Made by a program: the position numbers and the translations under genes
Notes under the pieces: model-generated
Database searches by the model: none
What the model saw: only the letters and a program-made list of their open reading frames with translations
What the model was told of the DNA's origin: nothing
Shown: positions 39,701 through 52,546 of the stretch, one piece after another
Numbering within the stretch: the first letter of the stretch is position 1
Layout: the number at the start of each line of letters is the position of its first letter
Origin: Octopus sinensis
Taxonomy: Eukaryota
Direction: 5' to 3'
Length of the DNA: 64,000 nt
Assembly (NCBI RefSeq): GCF_006345805.1
Contig: NC_043002.1
Location: 31,868,001-31,932,000, forward strand

Positions 39701-40114
39701 GGAACTTTTCGGTTTGAACGGCAGTTTTTAACATAATTTCTAGGTAACTAAAAAATGTTAAACTTCGTATACTGGTAGAATGTGTTTATAAAACATCTTT
39801 TTCTCTTGGCTTTATTGAGAAAATTCTATAGTTTGTAAGATATTTATTGTTCTTTTTCTGCAATTTCTGCATTTTCAACCAATCAAATACGTCTATTGAG
39901 GTAAAAAAAAAACATTCTGTGCCGTATGAATATGTCCCTCGTTTAAGAAACAGATTGGGTTTATTTACATTTGTGAAGAAAAAAAGATACTCTTCCCCCT
40001 ACCCCTAACCCTAAAACAGACTGAAATGCAATAGATCTATACTAGCGTCATAATTATGGGTGACAATTTCATATAACACCGCTAGAAAAACTTCCGTTCA
40101 AACCGAAAAGATCC
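39701..40114. mobile_element. MITE with ~29-bp TIRs and 8-bp TSD
   Basis: TIRs GGAACTTTTCGGTTTGAACGGCAGTTTTT / AAAAACTTCCGTTCAAACCGAAAAGATCC. Flanks GAAATATT (39693-39700) and GAAACATT (40115-40122). Confidence 0.85.
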
Positions 40115-40245
40115 GAAACATTTAGTATACGATATAAACCACGACTGAATAAGCTACACGAAACATATCAGACAGCTATATTCTGTATTAAGTAAATCAC
40201 TAATACATTGCACTACTGTTGTTTTTTCCTCTCACACTTGGACAA

Positions 40246-40284
<39 letters not shown>

Positions 40285-40712
40285 AGCACAAAACAGCTTC
40301 GTAATGTACAATCATTTGCAAACAACCGAACACTATTTTTTTCTATTTTTAACTGACAGCTTATCATTCTACTGACACATTACACATCCAGTGGACCGAC
40401 AGTCTCATGACTTTTGGCAATTATCATACTTACTGCCACGTGACCTAATGCATGGATATAAAACTCTAATGATTTTCTTACACCAACATGAGCTGTTCCC
40501 ATTTATTTTTTCAAACTCCGGTCACAGCCGAGAGAGACACGGCGTAGCTCCATTTCTTGTCATTATATATTACTTTTGAAAATCATAATATTGTGAAACC
40601 TTTCTCTCTCTCTCCCTCTCTCCTCCATTCTCTCTCTCTATCTCTCTTTCTCACATTCGCTCGAGCACCCCCTGTATATATTATATTGTAAAACCATGTA
40701 CATTAATATATA

Positions 40713-41100
40713 GACGTAGGAGTCGCTGTGTGGTAAGTAGCTTGCTTACGAGCCACATTGTTCCGGGTTCAGTGTCTTCTACTATAGCCTTGGGCTGACC
40801 AAAGCCTTGTGAGTGGATTTGGTAGACGGAAACTGAAAGAAGCCCGTCGTATATATGTATATATATATTTATGTGTGTATATATGTTTGTGTGTCTGTGT
40901 TTGCCCCCCCCCCAAACATCACTTGATAACCGATGTTGGCGTGTTTACGTCCCTGTAACTTAGCGGTTCGACAAAAGAGACCGATAGAATAAGTACTAGG
41001 CTTACAATGAATACGTCCTGGGGTCGATTTGCTCGACCAAAAGGCGGTGCTCCAGTATGGCCACAGTCACATGACTGAAACAAATAAAAGAGTAAAGAGT
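40713..41100 (+). mobile_element. SINE family A with a small internal deletion
   Basis: Colinear with 27161-27585. Confidence 0.9.
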
Positions 41101-41231
41101 ATGTGTATCCCCGTTTATTGGTTAACTGGCCCGCGGCAATTTTTACTGAAATGACACACAAAGTCGAAATATCACGTTGCCTCATTGTCTCCTACCGTCA
41201 ATGAATCACGTGTTTATATATATATACATAC

Positions 41232-41268
<37 letters not shown>

Positions 41269-41270
41269 TG

Positions 41271-41651
41271 TCGTGGCACTCCGTCGGCTACGATGACGCA
41301 GGTTCTAGTTTATCCGATGAACGGAACAGCCTGCTCGTGAAATAAACGTGCAACTGGCAGAGCATTTCACAGATACGTGTAGACTTAACGTAGTTCTCAG
41401 GGAGATTCAGCATGACACAGAGTGTGAGGAAACTGGCCCTTTTAAATACAGGTAGAACAGAAACAGGAAGAGTGAAAGTTGTGGTGAAAGCGAACAGTAG
41501 GTATTCGCCTCGCCCCACTTCCTCTGCCGGAGCCTTTGGAGCTTTAGGTGTTTTCGCTCAATAAACACTCACAAAGCCCAGTCTGGGAATCGAAACAACG
41601 ATCCTACGTTTGCGAGTCCGCTGCTCTAACAACTGGGCCATTGCGCCTCCA
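41271..41651 (-). mobile_element. Full-length SINE family C
   Basis: tRNA-like head tggaggcgcaatggcccagttgttagagcagcggactcgc..gtttcgattccc; tail ending cgtagccgacggagtgcc. Confidence 0.9.
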
Positions 41652-41686
41652 TATATATACATATATATATATATATACACATATAG

Positions 41687-41751
<65 letters not shown>

Positions 41752-41872
41752 CGCAATAAAAGCAATTAAGATTCAAGTCAATTCTAATGAATTTACTTGA
41801 ATGCGGTACTTAACTTAGATGCACCAGAAAACTATATGGTGTTAACCATACAGTAATGTGGGGTGATTATAA

Positions 41873-42130
41873 ACGAGAAAGAAGCAACAAGAATGGATTA
41901 GTTTTTAGTACAATTGTTTCATACAAAGACAGGCTTTATTAAAAGTTGCAAAAATTGCAGCAGATAAAAGTGTCCCGTACTCATCAGATGTTTGGAGAAC
42001 TCATATGTATTTTAGCTGATGAGTACGGGACACTTTTATCTGCTGCAATTTTTGCAACTTTTAATAAAGCCTGTCTTTGTATGAAACAATTGTAGTAAAA
42101 GCTAATCCATTCTTGTTGCTTCTTTCTCGT
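41873..42130. mobile_element. 115-bp head-to-head inverted repeat carrying hammerhead family HH2
   Basis: Arms 41873-41987 and 42016-42130 are nearly identical, separated by a 28-bp spacer and abutting (TA)n. Confidence 0.85.
42010..42100 (+). ncRNA. Type I hammerhead ribozyme motif with extended stem II (HH2)
   Basis: TTTTAG-CTGATGA-GTACGGGACA(loop)TGTCTTTGTAT-GAAA-CAATTG-TA-GTAAAA. The inverted copy has CTAAAA, perfectly complementary to TTTTAG. Stem III ACAATTGT is palindromic, with a GUA cleavage triplet. Confidence 0.7.
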
Positions 42131-42173
42131 ATATATATTTATACGTATATATATATATATATATAATATATAT

Positions 42174-42262
<89 letters not shown>

Positions 42263-42448
42263 AGAAAAACTGGGATGTAAGGTTCTTGGCAGATATCAAG
42301 TCAACACTCAGTATAACGGAATAAGGTTACATTTACAACAAGATAGTAGTAAATGTATGTAGAATACAAATCTCAGGTAAATCCTCATGTATGACAGGTA
42401 AATCTAACAGTTGCAACCAGTTATTTTGTAAAATATTGTTCATTTAAT

Positions 42449-43030
42449 GCGGCGAGCTGGCAGAAACGTTAGCACGCCTGGCAAAATGCCTAGCGGTATT
42501 TCGTCTACCGCTACGTTCTGAATTCAAATTCCGCCGAGGTCGACTTTGCCTTTCATCCTTTCGGGGTCGATAAACTAAGTACCAGTTACGCACTGGGGTT
42601 GATGTAATTGTCTTAATCCGTATCTCTGTCCTTGTTTGTCCTCTCTGTGTTTGGCCCCTTGTGGGTAGTAAAGAAATAGGTATTTCGTCTGTCGTTACGT
42701 TCTGGGTTCAAATTCCAACGAGGTCGACTTTGCCTGTCATCCTTCGGGGTCGATAAATTAAGTACCAGTTTCGCACTGGGGTTGATGTAATCTACTTAAT
42801 TCGTTTGACTGTCCTTGTTTCTACCCTCTGTGTTTAGCCCCTTGTGGGTAGTAAAGAAATAGGTATTTCGTCTGTCTTAACGTTCTGAGTTCAAATTCCA
42901 ACGAGGTCGACATTGCCTTTCATCCTTTCGGGTCGATAGATTAAGTACCTGTTGCATACTGAGGTCGATGTACTCGACTGACCCGCCCCACTCCCTAAAA
43001 ATTTCCGGCCTCATGCCTAGAGAAGAAAAG
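42449..43030 (+). mobile_element. SINE family B, trimeric
   Basis: The core gtatttcgtct..gttcaaattcc..cgaggtcgac..ggtcgata repeats three times with a period of about 183 bp. Confidence 0.9.
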
Positions 43031-43408
43031 AAATATTGTATATTTATATTCTAAACGTGGTTACGCTCCAAGTAATTGTTCTATTCCGAGGCTCTGTGTT
43101 TTCTGATGACATGATGCAAACACTGGTTTCTAAATACGGTGCTTTTGTCGTTAATTGCGTTATACATAAAAATAAACAGAAACATGCAGATACACATTCA
43201 CATACACACACACACACATAGGCATACGTATATGTACACAGTCATGCGCATGCATGCGTGCATTTGTTTTTGCATATGAACAGAAAGAAAGACACGCACC
43301 TACAATTATGTGAGTTTGCGTGTATGAGTGTGTACACGTACATAGATACATACAGTCACATATATACATACATATATGCATGTATATATATATATATATA
43401 CTTACATA

Positions 43409-43452
<44 letters not shown>

Positions 43453-44271
43453 TAGCTATGCATACATGCGTACATACATGCATACCTACATAATACAAAC
43501 ACACACACACATACACATATATATATACAAAGAGAGAGAGAGACGTATGTATGCATATATACATATGTATGTGTATCTACATACATATATTTATATAGAT
43601 TCACAAATATATACATATATACACAAATACACATATACATTGCAAACCGAATGCATACATACATGTATTCATACATGCACACACCACACTGCTTACAAAA
43701 TATTCAGTTATATTTATACATCTTGCTTCGGATTTCTATTATTCTTATTATAGACACAGAGCAAAGAATAAAAGTGTCTACAAAATTTTAAGTAATTTTT
43801 GCTGACAGCTTGAAAGCTGGAAAGGAATACAAAAGTAAGGTAGAACCAAATTGGAATTGAAACTACCCAAAAGCTTCTTACACAGCGATTTGTTCACAGT
43901 TAATTAGAAGTAATAATACATGGACGCTATACTAAGATGAGCTTCAGACATAAATATGGTTTCATCCTTTCAATATTTACAAACTAGTCATGTTCTATAG
44001 CGAAGCTTGTCATGAATATGGTGAATCAAAAATAATCTTACAAACAAACACTGTTATTTGTGTAGTCTTTGGATTGATAAAATAGTTAAAGTGTCCGAAA
44101 TAATGCCTAGTAGTATTGTTTCTAGATTCTTATATGCTCCGAGTTTAATTCTCGCCGAGGTCAATCTTCACTTTTCTCATTACTCGCTCAATATTATAAC
44201 GTGTCAGTGAAATAGAATACTTAAAATTTTCGAATATCCATTTCCTTCTAAAATCGCTTGCCTTTTACTAT

Positions 44272-44657
44272 TTTAATTGTTTTAGTCATCTGACTGTGAC
44301 CATGCTGGAGTACCGCCTTTAGTCGAGCAAATCGACCCCTGGACTTATTCTTTGTAAGCCTAGTACATATTCTATCGGTCTCTATTGCCGAACCGCTAAT
44401 TTACGGGGACGTAAACACACCAGCATCGGTTCTCAAGCGATGTTGGGGGGACAAACACAGACACACAAACATAAACACACACATACATATATATATGCAT
44501 ATATACGACGTTTTCGTCTACCAAATCTACTTACAAGGCTTTGATCGGTCCAAGGCTATAGTAGAAGACACTAGCGCTAGGTGCCACGCAGTAGGACTGA
44601 ACCCGGAACCATGTGGTTGGTAAGCAAGCTGCTTACCACACAGCCACACCTGCACCT
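44272..44657 (-). mobile_element. Full-length SINE family A
   Basis: Reverse complement of 27161-27560. Confidence 0.9.
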
Positions 44658-45790
44658 GTGCCAAAATTTTAAGCAATTGTAGTTGTTGTTGTTTAATGCA
44701 CCGTGGTCTTGTGTCTAAGTTTAACCCGTAGGACCAGCTGCCTCAAAAGTTTCGAAAACCTGCTCAGAAAATTCTATCACTCTGAATGAGACCGATTGGT
44801 TTTCACAAAAATGTTATGGTGGGCATGGATCTACGACATTCGATTTTCATGTCGTATTTAGATACAATGTTCCTTAAGAACTAGATTAGAGGTGGGGCTA
44901 TTTAGAAAGCTAAAAGAACCAATTAAAATGGCATCGCAATAGGCATACTAAAAGCAAGAATTACCCTCCATCTTTTCTTTAACACTAAACGCAAAAGCAG
45001 CATTGTAGTCAGGGTTTGCGTGCTAAAAAGAAAAGGTAACAGTCGACCGGTAGGGGTGTTGTAGGCTTGATGTAAAAATAAGCCACGAACAAAGTCGGAA
45101 GCGTGTTGCAGTATTTCATGCAGATGTATGTGACTTCGCAGTAGGATTTCGGTTTGGGGCAAGTGATTGGTTGGTGAGTAATTGAAGGACTATCTTTTGA
45201 ATCTATATATGGCATAAAACGACAATGAACTACAAATTTCCCGATCGATCGTAACATAGACTACGTTAACACTTTTGTTTATTCTCTGCCCAACACATCA
45301 CTTCCATGAATCAGTACATGAATTCAAAATCATATAGCCTGTATTCAGGTTAGAAGCAGCGTGTGACATAACACCGACCAAATGACAGCCACGGATTCTT
45401 TGCTTCCACTTTACTCAGGAGTGTACTTTCATCTTTGAAACAAATTGTGGAAACGTATGCATGCCAAATAGTTACAGCACTTGTTCATCGTTCAAGAATC
45501 TCCTCCAGTGTTTGCTTCACTGTTTCGTTATCTTTTGCGCATGCCTGCACGTCAGGGTACAGCGAGAACTCTGCGGAGACACAGCCGTGTTAAATGGACC
45601 TGGTGAACTTTAGAATGTGTCTCTGCCCAGAGGAAACGCAATAACCAACATTGCAATCTGGCCAGATGTGAATTGACACAAGTTATCGCAGTGGAGAGAT
45701 AAAAAATAAGGAAATCGAATCACAGAACTTCTAATGTATATACGTATGTGCATGTGTCCCTTGTGTATATAGATAAGAGTATTTATATGA

Positions 45791-45897
<107 letters not shown>

Positions 45898-45926
45898 GTG
45901 TGTGTGGTGTGTGTGGTGTGTGTGTA

Positions 45927-46090
45927 GCCGCAGGCGTGGCTGTGACAAGAAGCTTGCTTCCCAACCACATGGTTCTGGGTTCAGTCCTACTGCGTAACAC
46001 CTTGAGTGAGCATCTCCTACTATAGCCTCAGGCATTAAAAGCTTTGTGAGTGGATTTGATAGACGGAAACTGAAAAAAGCCCGCCGTATA
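45927..46090 (+). mobile_element. SINE family A, 5' half
   Basis: gcaggcgtggctgtg..ccaaccacatggttctgggttcagtcc..gtgagtggatttgatagacggaaactg. Confidence 0.85.
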
Positions 46091-46185
46091 TATACGTTTA
46101 TGTATGTATGTATGTATGTATGTATGTATGTATGTATGTATGTATGTATGTATGTATGTATGTATGTATGTATACCTGTAATATA

Positions 46186-46325
46186 ATACGTGACAATTAT
46201 TCGGTTGCCATAATAACACTCCGGGTTTATGGTGTCAGGGCAGAAAACTGCTCCGGCATCTCGTCAGTTATCGAGGCAATCGAAAAATGCTACAAAAATG
46301 ATCATTAAACAAAGGGAAATTACTA
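46186..46325 (-). mobile_element. Degenerate copy of hammerhead family HH3
   Basis: Minus strand agtaatttcccttt..gataa-CTGACGA-gatgccgg..taaacccggagtgttattatggcaacc is homologous to 55282-55411. GAAA is mutated. Confidence 0.6.
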
Positions 46326-46394
46326 TGTAAATGATCGCTATTAGACAAAAGACCTATTGGAATGACCGTTAAATAAGAGGAAAAAACGTAGTGT

Positions 46395-46487
46395 GGGCGG
46401 TTTAGTTTTATTGGTTCAGAGCACCGCATCGCGCAATCACTGAGGTGTGAGTTCGAGTCTCATAGCCGGACGCCAACATTTTTTTTT
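46395..46487 (+). pseudogene. tRNA-like sequence (pseudo-tRNA or SINE head) with an oligo-T terminator
   Basis: A-box-like tagttttattgg, T-arm gtgag-ttcgagt-ctcat, then T9. Acceptor and anticodon stems are imperfect. Confidence 0.5.
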
Positions 46488-46653
46488 CTGCAAATTAGGG
46501 GTAGCTTATCCTGTTCAGGCTATATTATTAGCATTATCCTGCTTTTCAGAATTTAAAATCACTTCTTTAACTTTCTAAGACATCTCAACGCTTCTAAAGC
46601 AAATTTCGATTGTTTGTTTACGTAATTTGAATTTGTTCATCGTAACTTGAATT

Positions 46654-46698
<45 letters not shown>

Positions 46699-47786
46699 CA
46701 CTGAGTCTGCATAGCAGAGAGCAAATGTGTTAATGACGATGCGTGCACGCACATATATGAGTGTAGAACAGTAGATAACGTTAAGTCTTTCCTTATATTC
46801 ATCGCGTACTTCTGGTGCTGATGTGTACATCTAGCGCCTCCAATAATCGGTTTTTTTTTTCTTTACTGGAAGATTTGAGTCAAAGAAGTGTAGAAAGTAT
46901 GCAGAAAGAAAGAGAAATATACTTGACTAAATCCATAATATATCTCCACATACACAAGTACATACACATTCACAAGTACACACACACACACTCTCTCACA
47001 GAAGCATATATTCATTCATACAGTTCACAGACTTCACAATTATATTCACAATACAGAACTGATGGCGCTGTCGATCAGACAACATTACGTCTTTTTGACA
47101 TTGCAATTCTGGAGACCATTTTATTAATTGTGAATACGTTTATTACTTGCCGTTTATATGGCTTCTTTAATATCGCATCCGTTTACAGACATAACGCATC
47201 CTTGCCTCATTTTATTTTATTTAAATACCTCATGTTTTGTTATTATAATCAATGAATTAAATATTGCCATATAACTGCTAGACCTGGCTGTTTATTGTTA
47301 AACACTGTAGAACGCTTATAGAACTCAAAATAAAGATATTATAAGGTGAATTGCAGTCAGATATTGATAGTTCAATATCGGTTATTGTTTAAGATCAAGT
47401 AAATCATGATAGAGTAAGTTCATGACCAATATCATTTCAGCCATCTCCTTTAGGGGCACACCGTATCCAGACATACCGAGTCTTTTCCTTCATTTTTTTT
47501 GCTTCTTAGTTATCTATCTGCTTATCAAACAATTTATTTTTCTTGTCTATTTCTTTATAAAGTATTTGCATGAATGTGTTTGTATCTATTTTATTTATGT
47601 ATGCACATGTGTGAAAGTGTTTGTATAGGTTAATATGTGTTTATATATATATCTGTGTGTCTGTCTGAGAGTGTGTGTGTCTGTGTCTGTGTATAATATA
47701 TACATACATAATAATTGATACACACACATACTCACACACATAAAGTTACTTGCAAATGGATGCGTCGCGTTCAATATATATATATA

Positions 47787-47850
<64 letters not shown>

Positions 47851-47892
47851 ATATGTATATATATATGCATGTGTGTGTGTGTGTGTGTGTAT

Positions 47893-48530
47893 AGGGGTGA
47901 CCTTCGGTATCTGCAGTCACTCCTCGCACCATTCGGCCTCGACCCCGTCTTCCGCGAGTGGATCATTGCTTTATACAGCAACATCAACTCGATCGTTCGG
48001 GTGAACGGGTTCTTCTCGGAGCCGTTCAACATCAAGCGTTCTGTTCGTCAAGGGTGTCCTCTCTCCACACATCTCTATATGTTGGCTCTAGAGCCCTTAC
48101 TGCGAAAATTGAAGTGCTTGAGGAGCATCCCATGCGATCTATGCTGCACTAGGAAGGTTTCAGCTTACGCAGATGACCTCACCAACATTGTATCTGAGAT
48201 GGCACGGCACACCTACAGATGGTAGGCAAAGCCATTAAGGATTACGAGGCGAGATGACCCACCTAATTCAGACATGGTCTGAGTGGCGGCTATCTATGAA
48301 AGGAAGGGCGTAGGCCGCAGGAGTCTTTATCGCTTCTGTGATTACCTACCATCTAACCGTCGTGCCTTGTCCACGTTTGTGGCTGACCAAGTTGGAGCGG
48401 CAATTCTTTCGTTTTTTGTGTTGGGGTAGAAGTTCTCTTGTAAAGCGCTGTCTGCTGCCAGCACCCGCTAAAGGGTGGGTTAGGGAAGCTTTGGCTGTTG
48501 ATGCGCAGACTTGCGCTGAGGCTGTACCCT
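47893..48530 (+). mobile_element. Tx1/L1-clade LINE reverse transcriptase fragment
   Basis: WIIALYSNINSIVRVNGFFSEPFNIKRSVRQGCPLS..ALEPLLRK..VSAYADDLT, followed by frameshifted YHLTVVPCP..LERQFFRFL. Confidence 0.9.
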
Positions 48531-48574
48531 CCTTCTTGAATTTGTACCCTCCTTCTTTTTGGCCCCCTCTGGGC

Positions 48575-49480
48575 AGTAAAGAAAACTTTGTTACAATAAT
48601 CTTAAATGGAACTGTCAAAGCACGATATTCGAACAATTTTGCTATTCAACAGAAACAGACGTAAAGCTGCTGAAAGTGCCCGCGATAACTACAAAACGTT
48701 TGGTGAGGAAATGACCAATGAGATGTAGCTCGAAAATGTTTTAAAGAATTTCGCAGTAGAGACCTGAGCCTTGAAGTTTGTGAGCGTAGTGGACGCCCAT
48801 CTGTCATCAATTAAAGACCGTCATTGAGAAAGATGAATTTAAAACCACTCGAGAACTGGCAAGAGAACTTCAAGTTAGCCAGAGAACTGCATGCGATCGG
48901 AAAATAAAAAAAAACTCAACAAACGGGTACCACACGATTTGAATGAAAATCAGAAAATGTGCAAATATGAAAGTTGCTCGTCGCGTCTTCGCTATTTCTC
49001 GACTGTATTGTAACTTGCAATGAAAAGTAGATTCTATACAATAATAAAAAAACAACATCCTTCATAGTAGTTGGACCAAAGTGAAGCACCGAAAAATCTT
49101 CTCTAAACCCGAGCTCTTCAAAAAGAAAGCTATGGTGATTGCTTGGTGGTATACTGCTGGACTCATCCACTATGACTTCTTAAAACCCGGGAAGACCATT
49201 ACTGCGGAAACATATTGCCATGAAATTGCCAACTGAACAGAAGATGGTCAATCATTGTTAATGCTCGATCACACGTTTCACTAATGACGCTACGAAGTTC
49301 TTCCACATCCAGCTTATTCCCCAGACCTTTCTCCTACCGACTACCAATTTTTCAAGTACCTTGATGGTTACCTGCAAGGAAAGGAGTTCAAAACTCAAGC
49401 CGATGGTGAAAGTGCGTTCAGAAAGTTCATCTGCTCCAGAAATCCAGATTTTTATGTTACCAGAATAAAAACCAAACTTG
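48575..49480 (+). mobile_element. Degraded mariner transposase
   Basis: ATG at 48606 MELSKHDIRTILLF, RSGRPS, RVPHDL (WVPHEL-like), VTCNEK*ILY, HPAYSPDLSPTDYQFF. Many stops and frameshifts. Confidence 0.9.
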
Positions 49481-49489
49481 TAACCAGTT

Positions 49490-49798
49490 CTGCTGGTTGC
49501 GGGGTCTCCTAGAACGTTAAAACTAGGTGCGCATGAAATCTGGCGTGGGAGACATCATCACAGAATACCAGAATCAGAAGTTCAGATGGCTGGACACGTA
49601 ATTTGGTTCGCCGACTGTTATCGAGTAGTATCCACGTGAGCGGAATAGGACAGTCGGAAGGCTTTAAAAACGGTGGGTTGACACAATACTACAAGCGCTT
49701 GAAGCTACCTGGATTAGGAAGGCACGATGCAGAGCGGAATGGGTGGCATGCTGTGACCAGCGATATCGAAATGTCACCTGACTCCCTGGTCGGTCAAG

Positions 49799-49800
<2 letters not shown>
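49490..49800 (+). mobile_element. RTE-like LINE 3' fragment
   Basis: agatggctggacacgt (RWAGHV-like) and ERNGWHAV, resembling RTE ORF C-termini. Confidence 0.45.
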
Positions 49801-49845
<45 letters not shown>

Positions 49846-50965
49846 TTGTATAGTAACATACATGTGTCTAAATGTATATACGTGTGTATATTGCAACATA
49901 TCTGTATATATATACCTACTTATTTTGTGGGCCCTCGTACAGGTGTGTGTATTTATGTATATGCTTTTATATGTATATAGGTGTGCCAGAGAGTGTGTGC
50001 ATATCGCTGTACAAGTATGGTTGTGCTGGTTTGTGCGTCTTTTCTACAATTCTTCCACTTCTCTGTTTAATTTCGCAACGTTAGTCAAACACCTAAAAAA
50101 TATATGAACTTCAAAAAGCTTTTTCTCTCTTACGACATAATACGACATAACATTTTGTGAAAATCGTTTCCTATTTTAAATATGTCTATACTTTAGATTT
50201 GTAGACTTGTAAAGCACATCACACTTCTGTTTCCTGAAATATCTCTCGCTTCAACTAATCACAATAATTATTATAGTGTTAATAAAGTGGACATTTTCAA
50301 TATCATTTTATATTTTGACAATAATTCCAATTTATATCAATAGTGAAATTGGAAGTTTTCTAACTTCAGAGTAAAAATAACTCGAAATATATCTTTAACT
50401 TACAAGGTTTGTTAGCCAAGTTTGTAATTATAATCAATAGAAATTGGCAAATGAACCTGAAGTTTTCTGCCGACTGAAAAGGGAAGGGAAATCAACCATA
50501 TTGATGGAAATATATAACAAAAGAAATTTGGCGTTTAACCTCTCAGTCATTGTTTCTTCGTATATGTGGAACAAATTTCGGTATTTTGGTTTTTAAAAAA
50601 ATAGAGAGAGAAAGAAAGGAGTGTACTGTCTGACAATTATTTATTTAATTTCTCATGTGCTGGACGCTGTTCACAGGAGGACATATATACTGAAGTAAAC
50701 AATGACCGCGGTGGATGATGGAGATTCATTGAGCATACAAAGTAATATATAATCTGTCATATAGTCATATATACGTTAGTATCATTATGAAATAATCTGT
50801 CATATAGTCATATATACGTCAGTATCATTATGAAATGATTCATATTGGTTTGATTGGTGGTCTTAAGACTGATAGCGAGCAAGAAAAAAAAAACGAAAAT
50901 GACATGTTTGGTATATGTCCTCTAGCATTCGATGAAATAGGTGCTAAATATATTTCACTGAGTCA

Positions 50966-51263
50966 CTTACGACGACGATGGTTCTAGTTGATCCGATCAA
51001 CGGAACAACCTGCACGAGAAAATAACATTCAAGTGACGGAGTACCCCACAGACGGAATTCCCAGGGAGATTTCGCGTGGCACAGGATTTGACAAGGCCAG
51101 CTCTTTGATTTAAAGGTACAGCTAATTTACGCCAGTTGAGTAGACTGGAACAACTTGAAATAAAATGTCTTGCTTAAGGACACAATGCTCCGCAGGGAAT
51201 CGAACACAAGATTTTTTACGATCGTGAGCCGATTACCCTAACCACTAAGCCACGCACCTTCAC
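50966..51263 (-). mobile_element. SINE with the family C tail and a different tRNA-like head
   Basis: The tail matches 3100-3265. The head gtgaaggtgcgtggcttagtggttagggt..gttcgattccc..tgtgtccttaagcaagac differs. Confidence 0.75.
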
Positions 51264-51889
51264 ATAGATATATTGGCGAAATCACACAAATGCATTACTT
51301 TTAATCATTAGATGTTACCCGTTATCTTACCCAAATGACGTGTATGTAAAATTGTAAGGATGTATTAGAGAAGGTATTGATTATCATTGTCACATTTCTT
51401 CCTTTGGTACTCAAATGCTCCTGGAATCATTGTGCAACACCGTGATAACTGTCATAACTTGGGCAGCATAAACTTATAAGGAGCCAATTCCTCTTCGGAT
51501 GCAAACACAGCCAGTTCTTTCAGGAAGAAGATATAGGCAGAAATATTACCGACAGTACTGAATGATACTGCTCCAGAGGTTAAACTCTGAATGCGGATGT
51601 GGAAACTAATATCAATAGACATGTTATCTGACGCACAAGTGATTTCACCAACTTGCGATTCACCTGAGAATTCTAGAAAACAATGGAAAACATTGGCTTC
51701 AAACTTCAAGAGATATTCGCTTTGAAAATGTATCACTTACTTGATTTATAGAATAGTGATAATGATGGCCACCAAGAAACAAATGTAAGTCCAAAAGCAA
51801 CCAAAGTGAGATTTTGCATTTGATAAATTATACACACAAGAACAAATACAGGCACGCACACACATACACATACACAAACATACACAATT

Positions 51890-52440
51890 ACATGGTGGCT
51901 GCCCCTTCGTTATCGAGTATGGCCATTGCACAAAGCTTAATCAATGTTGTTATCGTGCAATGCTTGTGCAAAAAGATTTTTTTAAAGTGGGGAAATGCTG
52001 TGCACTGAGTCAATCCCACTCACTAAGCAACAGCAGCCATAATCCGAAAAGAACAAGTCAACATCATCGGTAACCACTGGGCCGCAGGTTTTATATTGGA
52101 GTTATCCCAGTTACCTGAGTTACCTTCACCTAGAAGGATGCCCTAACAAAGGCTAGGAGTCCTTCACTCCCAATGGTTTAACCGCGTGATTGGGTATTGA
52201 GTTCGATTATTTCTATGTCCCCGCGCATGATACAGCCTTAAGACATTTATTGGATGGCCGTTGACTCTCCAGAGTTCTCCGCCCTTTGACGGGTTTTGTT
52301 TTTCATCCCGCAGGGTGTCCAATAAACACCCTCCTCACCAAGCAAGCTTGGAGGGGTTGCCGGTTTAGTCGCCGAACATGCAACAGGTTGTACTGGGTTA
52401 CATGTTACCAGTAAATTAGTAAAAGTGACCTGACACACTT
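51890..52440 (-). mobile_element. Non-coding RTE-related element
   Basis: Contains ggcatccttctaggtgaaggtaactc, resembling a motif I recall from RTE 5' UTRs. The 3' 200 bp is shared with 3843-4046. No ORF. Confidence 0.6.
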
Positions 52441-52546
52441 ACATACATATATACATGCATGCATACATACATGCATACATACATGCCTAACTACATACAT
52501 ACACATAAATGACTGCAAGAAGGAAAAGAATAAAATACTATACATA

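Noticed and set aside
50748-50835. 43-bp tandem duplication
   Set aside because: Real but ordinary local slippage, with nothing further to support a function.
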